From NCBI GenBank assembly GCA_964430885.1, contig CAYSHM010000001.1, positions 128,001 through 192,000 on the forward strand: a stretch of DNA of 64,000 nucleotides. Reading direction: 5' to 3'. Of the stretch, positions 20,314 to 29,800 are shown piece after piece. How positions within the stretch are numbered: the stretch's first letter is position 1; each line of letters opens with the position of its first letter. The DNA is from an uncultured archaeon (GTDB lineage Archaea; Thermoplasmatota; Penumbrarchaeia; JASLWR01). The translations under genes were made by a program, and so were the position numbers. The notes beneath the pieces were generated by a model. The model ran no database searches and was not told where the DNA came from. It was given only the letters and a program-made list of their open reading frames with translations.

Positions 20314-21821
20314 TATAATGCACCTCCTCTAGATTGGGCTGCGGACGTAGCTCTTAACAGGACCTGCTGTAATGAAGTCTGCGGTTTCCAGTCAATAACA
20401 CTAATACCATATCTTCGAAGTTCCTTTATTAATATGTCTCTTTCCAGTCTGATAACATCGTAGGCTAACGGGTCAATTTTCACCTCTTTTGCCGTACCGA
20501 GAACACCCTCGGCACTCTCGACAGCACCCTTTTCCTTTGCCAACAGTTCAAAATCAATTGATGATGGTGATAAGATAGTGACATCGAATTCCAGTACTTT
20601 CATGGTGCTTATTGCCTTTCTCAGAGAGTCATCGTCATCCAGAGAAGTTATTACTATAACTGGAGACAATCTTGGTAGATAAGGCAATGCTTCATCAATT
20701 ACCCCTTGGAGCGGAATGTCTCCTTTTGGCATAGCACTGGCTAGAGCGGTCAATATTTCATACAATTGTTTTTTACCTGTTTTCTTCTTGATAGTAAGAA
20801 CCTTGTCGCTGTAAATGACCAGGGAGACACTATCACGTCTGTTAAGGAAGAATTGGGTAAGGGTTGCTGCGGCTCTTGCCCCGTAGATATTCGCATTATC
20901 AGATTCCATACCTATGGATGAAACCTCTCTCGCATCATATACAATAGTAACATCCGAAACGCTTTCTCTTTCCTTTTCATTAACAAGAAGCCGACCCGTA
21001 GAAGCAAATGCTTTCCAGTTTATCATCTTGAAAGGATCTCCCGGGACATATTCTCTGATACCCCAGAATTCGTAACCCGGTCCGGGCATTTTAACACGCA
21101 TTTCACCAGGATACATTTTAGGTTGTTTGGATTTCAAGGATAATTCTTTTACCTCACGAGTCTGGGGGAAAACGGTCAAGCGACTGGTGTAATCAACATT
21201 TTCTTCGTTGTAGAAAAGATAAAAAGGATCGTGAGACCTTATTGACACTGGTCCGATGTCATAGACTCCTTTCAAAGGACACCTAATAGCATATCTCAAT
21301 CGTGTTTTGCCCTTTGGTTTAAGATCTAGATAGGTATAATTGCTCCCCCTTCGTAATTCCACTTGGCTGGGTAGGCTGTCTTTGATTTCGACAATACCAC
21401 CCTTTGAGGAGAAATAACCTATGGCCAGACCGATTCCTAGTCCCAGTATTACCACAATCAATGCTCCTATGATTCCGGGTAAAAATCCGAATATCGGGTC
21501 GAATCCCCAGATCCAGAAAGAAAGTGGGAGGGAAAGGACTAAACCTATAATGGCTCCACCGACGACTGAAGTTACAAGCTTAATGGATTTAGGCCTGGTT
21601 AGCTGAAGTTCGGCTTTAATCATACCATCCTCAAATATCCGTTCATTGGACATTTGTCTGAAGGGTCTGACAGTCATATTCAGATTAATGAATATGCTGA
21701 AACCGATATAGAGGAATAAAGTTATACTTATTCCCAGCAACAGCAGGTTCCTGAATATTAAACCCAGGAATACCAGGCCGATTCCAGTACACAGCATCAA
21801 TACTGCCTTTTTTGTCCACAT
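20313..21821 (-). CDS. DUF58 domain protein
   Basis: EFWGIREYVPGD...INWKAFASTGRLLVNE signature; extra internal TM hairpin. Confidence 0.92.
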   Translation of the reverse strand: MWTKKAVLMLCTGIGLVFLGLIFRNLLLLGISITLFLYIGFSIFINLNMTVRPFRQMSNERIFEDGMIKAELQLTRPKSIKLVTSVVGGAIIGLVLSLPLSFWIWGFDPIFGFLPGIIGALIVVILGLGIGLAIGYFSSKGGIVEIKDSLPSQVELRRGSNYTYLDLKPKGKTRLRYAIRCPLKGVYDIGPVSIRSHDPFYLFYNEENVDYTSRLTVFPQTREVKELSLKSKQPKMYPGEMRVKMPGPGYEFWGIREYVPGDPFKMINWKAFASTGRLLVNEKERESVSDVTIVYDAREVSSIGMESDNANIYGARAAATLTQFFLNRRDSVSLVIYSDKVLTIKKKTGKKQLYEILTALASAMPKGDIPLQGVIDEALPYLPRLSPVIVITSLDDDDSLRKAISTMKVLEFDVTILSPSSIDFELLAKEKGAVESAEGVLGTAKEVKIDPLAYDVIRLERDILIKELRRYGISVIDWKPQTSLQQVLLRATSAAQSRGGAL

Positions 21822-21824
21822 TAT

Positions 21825-22973
21825 CTACACCGCGGGTACAGGCACTTCATTTAAAATCTTATTGAGAATATCTTCAGGCAGTACACCTCTGATACGAGGT
21901 TCTGGTTTCAATATTATCCTGTGTGCAATTGCCTGAGAGCAAATCGCCTTGATGTCATCAGGAGTAATATAATCTCTACCCTGAAGCACAGCTCTAGCCC
22001 TTGACAGTTTGAATAGAGCCAAGGAACCTCTCGGGGATGATCCAACAACCACTCGGGGGTCTTCTCTGGTTCTTGTAACTATTTCTACTATGTATGTGAG
22101 CAGAGCGGGGTCCAAGTGAACACCCTCGACAGTTCTCATCATGGCTAGGATCTTTTCCGGGCTTGTAATTGTGTCAACTTCAACATCATCTTGACCACGG
22201 CTCATTCTTCTGATAAGAATCTCTCTCTCATCTTCTCTGGATGGATAACCCATACTCATTTTCTGCATGAAACGATCGACCTGAGCTTCAGGCAGGGGGT
22301 ATGTTCCTTCCTGCTCGATGGGGTTCTGTGTAGCCAATACTAGAAAAGGTTTTGGTAGCTTGTGTGTTACACCTTCAATAGATACCTGTCTTTCCTGCAT
22401 CGCTTCTAACATGGCCGCCTGGGTTTTGGGTGGAGCCCGGTTAATCTCATCAGCTAACAGAATGTTTGCAAAGATCGGGCCAGCTCTGAACTTAAATTCA
22501 TTTTCCTTTTCATCATACACATAGGTACCAGTGATATCAGATGGCAAAAGATCAGGAGTGAACTGAATTCTTCTATATTTACATCCTAGGGCATCTGCAA
22601 ATGTCATAATCATAAGTGATTTTGCAGTTCCTGGAAAATCTTCCATCAAAGTGTGCCCATCTGCCAATATGCATGTGAGAACATTTTCTAGAATATCTCT
22701 CTTACCAATAATGGCCTTTTCGACTTGTTCCAATATTGCGCTAGATGTAGCGGCAACGCCCCGCACAGCTGCGGGACTAGCTCTGGGCGGTGATCCTCTT
22801 TGCTGGGGTCCGGCACCTCGGGGTCTAGCCCCGCCAGGCTGCTGTCTTCCCATGGGCCTCTGGCCTCCTACTGCCCCCTGAGGTGCTTTCCCTCTAGGTC
22901 CAGGAGGTAATTGTTTGGGTCCGCCTTGTGGCTTGTTTCCTATATTTGCTACTTTTTGTGCTCCGTTTGTCAT
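21825..22973 (-). CDS. moxR: MoxR-family AAA+ ATPase with Gln/Pro/Gly-rich N-terminal extension
   Basis: EDFPGTAKS, RIQFTPDLLPSDITG, LADEINRAPPKTQAA, ATQNPIEQEGTYPLPEAQ. Confidence 0.95.
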   Translation of the reverse strand: MTNGAQKVANIGNKPQGGPKQLPPGPRGKAPQGAVGGQRPMGRQQPGGARPRGAGPQQRGSPPRASPAAVRGVAATSSAILEQVEKAIIGKRDILENVLTCILADGHTLMEDFPGTAKSLMIMTFADALGCKYRRIQFTPDLLPSDITGTYVYDEKENEFKFRAGPIFANILLADEINRAPPKTQAAMLEAMQERQVSIEGVTHKLPKPFLVLATQNPIEQEGTYPLPEAQVDRFMQKMSMGYPSREDEREILIRRMSRGQDDVEVDTITSPEKILAMMRTVEGVHLDPALLTYIVEIVTRTREDPRVVVGSSPRGSLALFKLSRARAVLQGRDYITPDDIKAICSQAIAHRIILKPEPRIRGVLPEDILNKILNEVPVPAV

Positions 22974-23035
22974 ATCTTATCACCTTTCGAATACAACTAT
23001 ATTTTATGACTGTTATTTTGAATTATTCATATTGA

Positions 23036-25093
23036 TTATTTTTTCCATTTATTAACAAGTTCAATTAATCGAGTTATTTCCTCTTCAGAATATGATGCCT
23101 CGCTTCTGACCAATTTTATTAATTCGGGATCTCCAATCAACTGATCTACATCTCTGTCATTGATCGCCCTGAATTCTTCAGTTGACAATCCTTTGTTCAT
23201 TCTAGCAATGTCCAAAACAATTTCTTGAAGTCTTCGTTTCTTTAGTTCGATTCTAGTAGGCAATGTTCTTCTCTGTCTGAAAGTTCTGACATTGAATTTA
23301 TGTTCCCAGTTTTCCCGTCCTTTGGAGAACAGGATACCAAAAACAATAAACACTGCAAGGACAATGGCCGAAGTTACCACGTAACATGATTCGGATGTCA
23401 ATACGCTTGTTACTTTCAGTGTGGAATAGGTCGGGATCAGCCACTTTTTATCTTCACCGTGTCTGCTGTCATCAATAAGTATCAGCAGTTCGTCTTCCTC
23501 CTCACTGTCGATTTTGTTCTTGAAAAGATAGTAGACCAGATCCTTCATGAATATTCTGTTGTCATAATCAGTCCTATTGTCAGGAGTATTATCTGCAATA
23601 AGGTTGATATCCTTCTGATCTTTTTCACTTAAACTATCTTTGGGTTCGATATCTGATTCTTCTATGATATTATGGAAAACATCATTATAATCAATACTCA
23701 TGTGATTTAATGAGTAGAGATCATTAGTGAATATGTCAGCATCAGGCATGAAAACAATGGATCCTTTACCAACAAATTTGGAGTCTACAACTTCCAGTAT
23801 TAATTCGACTCTGTTAGCCCCGGTAGATACTCGGTCCGCCAATGAAGTGGAATCCTCATCAGGAAGTTCAATTTCACCGTTCTTGTTAAGGTCAACATAG
23901 CTGTTTTTTGATCCTCTAGCAATTGTATTTGTATCGGTTTTGAAAGAATAGATGGCCACAGGGGTGTTCATTATTAGCCGGTAATGATAAAGATCTTCAT
24001 CGATCATATCATCCAATTTCCAGAACTCAAGCTTGCTTTGGCTTTGACCGGGGATGTCCACTTCGGTAGCCTCGAATTTCCACTTCTGATCTTCAAGATA
24101 CCATCCCTGACCGTTTGGTTTTTCTTCAATTATCAGAGTTTCGTTAGCCAATGATAAATGTAGTTTGGAACTGAACTGGTTTTTGATCTCGTTGGGGAAT
24201 ATTCCTTGGTCCAAAAGCCTGATTATATCATCGTCGGCGAAGTAGTCAAAGAGATGGACTCTTGCATCATCATTTATTCCGTTTAGTCTCTCTTCATTAA
24301 CTCCTATCTCGTAGGGATCCTGACGTCCGTTTCCGTTCTCATCTATCCAGTCACCGTCATCATCCCATACATCCTCATCAATGCCCTCGTTTGTCTCATC
24401 AACAAGTGCATTATAATCATTATCATAGCCGTCCCTTTTCAACTTTCGGTTATCCTGATCATCATCTATATCGTCCAAGGGATCTTCATCAACCAGGTTA
24501 TCATAATCATCATCATCATCCCAAATGCCATCCTTTTCATCAGACCATATCTTTCTCTGTCCGGCGGCATTTTGCTTTGCATTTAGGTTAGGATCCAACA
24601 GCCATTTTCCATTATCCGTTCCAAGAATGGCTTCACATATGGGGAAGTTTGTACTCTTATCATAATTCTGATCGAAGAACTGTCCATCATAATATGTAAT
24701 ATTGAAAGCATCTGCCAATGAAGACACATAGCCAAAATCATCTGCAATAATCGCATGACCGCCTTCCTTCACAAAGGATTTTATGGCGGAAATCTCATCT
24801 AAGGTATATTCTCTCTCAATGCCTGCTGCGACGTAAAGAGTATTCTCTGAGTCGATCATATTCTGCTCGAAAATCGAAGGTGTTGTGACAATGGTCTGTA
24901 CGGTGTAATTGTCCTTTTGCATATCGGATACGAAGTGCGATATGTCCCGAGAATTATCCTGGAATCCCAGAAAACTGTTGGTATTTTCCTCGGCCCATAT
25001 ATTAAGCCCGATGGGGAATAATACATATATTGCTAAAAGTATCGCTGTAACGATTATTAAGAAAATTCTTCTCAACATGGGATTCTCCCTCAT
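23036..25093 (-). CDS. DUF4350-like membrane-anchored protein with Asp-rich insert
   Basis: N-terminal TM; FVKEGGHAIIADDFG, DADIFTN and IDDSRH motifs; second TM helix; first gene of the MoxR-DUF58 operon. Confidence 0.75.
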   Translation of the reverse strand: MRENPMLRRIFLIIVTAILLAIYVLFPIGLNIWAEENTNSFLGFQDNSRDISHFVSDMQKDNYTVQTIVTTPSIFEQNMIDSENTLYVAAGIEREYTLDEISAIKSFVKEGGHAIIADDFGYVSSLADAFNITYYDGQFFDQNYDKSTNFPICEAILGTDNGKWLLDPNLNAKQNAAGQRKIWSDEKDGIWDDDDDYDNLVDEDPLDDIDDDQDNRKLKRDGYDNDYNALVDETNEGIDEDVWDDDGDWIDENGNGRQDPYEIGVNEERLNGINDDARVHLFDYFADDDIIRLLDQGIFPNEIKNQFSSKLHLSLANETLIIEEKPNGQGWYLEDQKWKFEATEVDIPGQSQSKLEFWKLDDMIDEDLYHYRLIMNTPVAIYSFKTDTNTIARGSKNSYVDLNKNGEIELPDEDSTSLADRVSTGANRVELILEVVDSKFVGKGSIVFMPDADIFTNDLYSLNHMSIDYNDVFHNIIEESDIEPKDSLSEKDQKDINLIADNTPDNRTDYDNRIFMKDLVYYLFKNKIDSEEEDELLILIDDSRHGEDKKWLIPTYSTLKVTSVLTSESCYVVTSAIVLAVFIVFGILFSKGRENWEHKFNVRTFRQRRTLPTRIELKKRRLQEIVLDIARMNKGLSTEEFRAINDRDVDQLIGDPELIKLVRSEASYSEEEITRLIELVNKWKK

Positions 25094-25398
25094 TAGATGT
25101 CAGCAACATTGAATTTTTTAAATATTTTATTCAACTGATTCCCCTCAGTCCACCACATTTACTGCCAATCTATTTCTTCCCCTCTTATATTGGTAATGTT
25201 ATATAATATTTTAGGTGTAATTGATGGTCTTTGGAAGCACTTTTCCGGACACCAGAATTTAAATAATTTGACATTTTTTCTTGTGAAGTTTGATAGAAAT
25301 TATTTAATGATATTGCTTTTTCACAGCATAACATTTCAAAATAATACCATTTAATATAACATCATTGACCCATAATAAAGCACAACCTAGAAAAATTT

Positions 25399-25472
25399 GC
25401 CCGAATGGGGTAGCTTGGATATCCTCGAGGCCTGCGGAGCCTTGAACTCGGGTTCGAATCCCGGTTCGGGCA
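25399..25472 (+). tRNA. tRNA-Arg(GCG)
   Basis: Acceptor GCCCGAA/TTCGGGC, anticodon arm GAGGC-CT GCG GA-GCCTT, T loop GTTCGAATC. Confidence 0.95.
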
Positions 25473-25523
25473 TTTAATTTTCATTTATGTTTTTCATTTC
25501 TCAATTATCTTTGATTTACCCAT

Positions 25524-26516
25524 CTAATATGAAGTAGTCATTGTTCTGTGATATGGTTTCAATTTCATTTCGCTTCTCTGACCCATGACCCAAAGCATAT
25601 CATTTATGTCCTTGTCCATGATTTTGTCTTTACCTGCGAATGTTGAGTTGATAGTGGATTGCATCATATGTACGGCTGCAATTGCATTGGCCCTGATCTC
25701 GATTTCTTCAGAGGATCCCTGGGAAATTTCTTCCATTCTATCGATTTTTCTTGATAGTTCAGGACTATACTTCAATATTCCCAAAGCTCTGAGCGACATT
25801 GGTACCTTATAATCAGCAAACGCAGTTAATTTATTCTGATTCACAAGATTTTTGTATTTGATATTGCTCTTGAATTTGGATGGAATTATATCATGGATGT
25901 CCGATAGAAGAAGCTGACAGCGCTTATTGAAAAAGATTGTTTTACCATTGTATTCTTCCTGATCCTTATATGACGGAAACTCTTTGATTATGATTTTCAT
26001 TACCTGTGTGGTATCGTAGTTTCCTTTAGAAAGAATATTTGAGAAACGTCCTTGGAATTTATCCATCAATATTTCAGCACTATTTAACATAAATTGAAAT
26101 CGTTCCCTTGCTTGAGTTAGTGACCCATTTCCTTTGAAAATGTGCTCGAATTCCGAATAGTTCAATTCTGATATGTATTTAGGATCATAAATAGGTATTT
26201 TATTCATTATACCTTTATTGAAAGCTGCAAGCATAGCCCAAGTTCCATCATATGTTCGATCCAAATAATTGATCTTCCATTTCGGAACAGTCCAATAACA
26301 AAAATTCACCGAATTGAATATGAATAGCAGATTCAGTATATCTTCAAGTTTGAGATCATTGATGGGCCCCATATCCAACGGCGCATTAGTTAACCAGTTC
26401 TTTGTAGTTGTAAAAGCTTGTTCCTTTACAAATTCCTCAATCATTTTCTTGTTAATTATTACATGTTCAGAAATATTGGATACATAATTTGCTGTTATTA
26501 GGACTGGGTTTTTCAT
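25524..26516 (-). CDS. Queuosine-salvage family nucleotide N-glycosylase/hydrolase (Qng1/C9orf64/DUF2419-like)
   Basis: FNSVNFCYW, FPSYKD, FFNKRCQL, LTAFADYKVP, EEIEIRA, INDMLW and PYHRTMTTSY C-terminus, all characteristic of DUF2419. Confidence 0.88.
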   Translation of the reverse strand: MKNPVLITANYVSNISEHVIINKKMIEEFVKEQAFTTTKNWLTNAPLDMGPINDLKLEDILNLLFIFNSVNFCYWTVPKWKINYLDRTYDGTWAMLAAFNKGIMNKIPIYDPKYISELNYSEFEHIFKGNGSLTQARERFQFMLNSAEILMDKFQGRFSNILSKGNYDTTQVMKIIIKEFPSYKDQEEYNGKTIFFNKRCQLLLSDIHDIIPSKFKSNIKYKNLVNQNKLTAFADYKVPMSLRALGILKYSPELSRKIDRMEEISQGSSEEIEIRANAIAAVHMMQSTINSTFAGKDKIMDKDINDMLWVMGQRSEMKLKPYHRTMTTSY

Positions 26517-26624
26517 CTTCAGCCTCCATTTGTTTTAAAGAAGTCAATCTAAAAATGAACTTTAGCCTCCTCCTAAATCCATTATTTCTTGAAGGAGATC
26601 TCAGGAAATGGCATAAAATGATTT

Positions 26625-26719
26625 GGAAAAAGATGCAGGTGTCCACTACATTTCGGCCAATCAAAGATTGCCCTACTCCTACCCTGTTTCCTCCGTTTAG
26701 TCGGAAAAAGATGCAGGTG
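26625..26719. repeat. 17-bp direct repeat GGAAAAAGATGCAGGTG overlapping the tRNA-Gly 3' end (att-like)
   Basis: Identical copies at 26625-26641 and 26703-26719. Confidence 0.85.
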
Positions 26720-26784
26720 CCGGGATTTGAACCCGAGCAGAAGGCTTGGAAGGCCTTAATCCTACCAGACTAGATCACACCTGC
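26712..26784 (-). tRNA. tRNA-Gly(TCC)
   Basis: Acceptor GCAGGTG/CACCTGC, anticodon arm AAGGC-CT TCC AA-GCCTT, T loop GTTCAAATC. Confidence 0.95.
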
Positions 26785-26897
26785 ATAATTATTGGCACCA
26801 TAATATGCAGATTTTCTATATATATTTATAGTCCTAGCAATATTTTGTAACCAAATCAGTCAGGGGGTGCAGGTTTCCAAGGTCACCAAAATTACAT

Positions 26898-29800
26898 TTA
26901 TGTTCCCATATTCCATGAGAATTGGATATTATATAGTTCATCGCTGCTACCGCGTATGATCCTTCCACCTTTGAAGTATTTGTTGCCGAAATTGAATTGT
27001 GATCCAATAAAAGGAGATGAATCTGCGATATCGCTAATAGTACCGAACCAGTAATAAGGATATGGACCAATATTCCTGTAAATGTACTCATTATAGCGAT
27101 CAGCAATACTTTCTGGTATGCTGGACAATATTACAGGATTGATGTGGGTATCACCGATTTCTTGAAGTATATTATCAGTATTATTTATTAAATGTCTGAT
27201 ATACTGTTTGATGAATAAATCAGCCTCTTCATCATATGTATTGCTTAGATTTAATCCATAGGTCTTGTTGATGAAATTTTCCACGCCCTCTTGTATGTAT
27301 GTCAAGTTAACATATAGGCCAAGCAGGTCAGCATCCTTGAAATGCACTCTATGATTATTGTAGAGTTCTCCAAGAAAGTAATGTATATGTTCCTCACTCT
27401 GTTTCAGGAGAGTTTCATTTCTGCACTCATTGATGAAATGTATTTTGGAATTCTTTATAGCTTCCTGTAATTTCTCAGGGATTGTTGCGCTGGATAATAT
27501 CCCAATTTTCACCTTTGATTCAATTCCTAAATTTTCAATTGGAAAATGTTCTATTGTCATATCTTCAGAGGAGTATTCTCTTTTAATGGAATTGGTTTGA
27601 ATGGAAAAATTATATTTCCGCCCTTCTAGAATATTATTGTCTAAAGATATAGACCCATCATATTTATAACTGCCAGAATTCAGAGTACTCATGTCAAAGG
27701 ACAATGAAGTGGTTAAATTTGACCGGATTTTTCCCTTTACCTGAATATCGTCCTCCATGGACATCTCAAAAATCATGCCGGAACCACCTTTTTCACTGGA
27801 TATGTTTCCATTTATCATTCGGAATCTCACTTCATTTGGATAATATTCAGAAGAATACCCGTAATATTCGAATGAATATCGCACCATTTTTTCCTTCAAC
27901 ATCTGAGTATTATCAGAAATGTTCCCCATAAAGTCATTGTCATCATTAGCTTTTTCCAATAATCCTTCATTTTCATCAGACGGATCTATTAGATTATTCA
28001 TACAGTTTGTAAGATTTGCTATTATCTTCGACCTGACATCTCCTCCATTGTTTATGCATAAGGGTGAATAATAGTGAACTAATGTATTTGTATCTCTAAT
28101 CCAGTCCTGAATGTCATTGAAACCATGAATTGTATCGCTCCACTCTCTGGAAATGAAGAAGGGTTCCTCAGGTGTATCGTTCAAATGCTTATCGAAATAA
28201 TGTCTCGTCATTTTATATTTGATGTCATTGGATTTCCAGGCGGATTCCAAGTTCCAACCGGAATATACAACAATAGGGGTGTCAAGATCAAAATCCATTG
28301 AAAAATTATACCAAAAGTATTTGTGTCCGTAAATGGTTACTAACGAAGGTATGGAATTCCTGATTTTAAAGGAAACATTGCCGGATAGATTTAATTTCCA
28401 AGAGGTTGAAAAACATTCTTTGTACATACCATATTCAATATTCTGAACGTCAATCATGTGTCTTCCGAATTCAGGTTGGGATATCTTAATAATTAGGCTT
28501 TCCTTGTTATTTTCCAACACATCAGGTATCTGGTCAACCACGAATTTTTCAGAATGAATACTTCCATTTTTTTTCTCATCAGAGTAATTGCCATCCCACA
28601 TATTCCAAGGGCGGTGGTATGATGATACAGAGGCAATAGGCATATTGAAAAGATCGAGGTTTTCATTGATCTCTTTCAGTGTGATATCGGATATGATTTC
28701 CATAATCCATCCGTCATTTTTAGTCAATTTTTCCCAGAGGCCATCATCATCCAAATAAATCATTCCAAATCTTTCCTTTACAAATTCATAGAAATCACAC
28801 TGGAAATCATAGTTCTGACCTGTTGCCCCGTACTTTCCTTCATCTGTTGTAGTTTCAACATTATTCAAATTATCATATTTCACATCATCGAGAATTCCAT
28901 AATTGGTGGTTTTCGGCCAATTATCGGATCCCACTATGTTGCTTATTGCCGGGTAAATTCCGTCTTCACCGTCGTTGTTTGCAAGATTGGTCCTTTCGCT
29001 GTTTCCTATCTTGATAATATCCCAAATACCTTCAGGATAGGTTTCACCGGTTTCTTTCCAACCATCATCATAGGGCGTAAGATCCTCAAATGTTCCGGTT
29101 CCGTCAAAACATTCTCGGGGTATCTGGTTTTGATCCTGAAGCGGTACGGCTACAGTACCGCTTCCTGCATATACCCAACCATATAATATTCCTGCCTCTC
29201 CACACACACCTTTTGCAGACCATTGCCAGTGTTGGCTCCCCAAATCCTCCCAATTGTTGAAATTGAATTCAAAAGAATCGTCCCTGCTTTGTACTATCTG
29301 CATGACCCTATTGTAGCAGTCCCGGAGTGCATCGTTTCTATATTTGAAGCTCCCCGCCAATTCATTGCTTCCTCCATCATTTTCCTTTTGGCTGCTTTGA
29401 TACTGTAGGATGGGTAAGTCGGAGTTCAAAGCACCGTTAAAATTTGGCCAATGATCCGGCCCGTCATTTTCATCATAAATGGACGCCCCGTCTTCATCGA
29501 AATCCCTATAACCACCATCATAAATGTTCACAATAGTTTCATACCATAGATCCACACTCTCTCGGATAATGTCAAAAAGGAAATATTCACCCGTACTATC
29601 GGGATCATCAGTATGGTTTATGAATGCCCCTTCCTGAAACCAATTTTCCATTTCCTGTTCAGCAAAGTCTTCGATCCTAAGCAGCTCTTCGAATACATCG
29701 TCCCCTTCGGCACCAAACGCCCTATACGCCTGATGTTCAAGTAATCTCTTTTCATCTTCGGGATCTATCTGGAATATATTATCGATTACACCTATCTCAT

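Noticed and set aside
26489-26773. 94-aa ORF with a repeated KKMQV
   Set aside because: It overlaps tRNA-Gly on the opposite strand; the repeat comes from the 17-bp DNA duplication.
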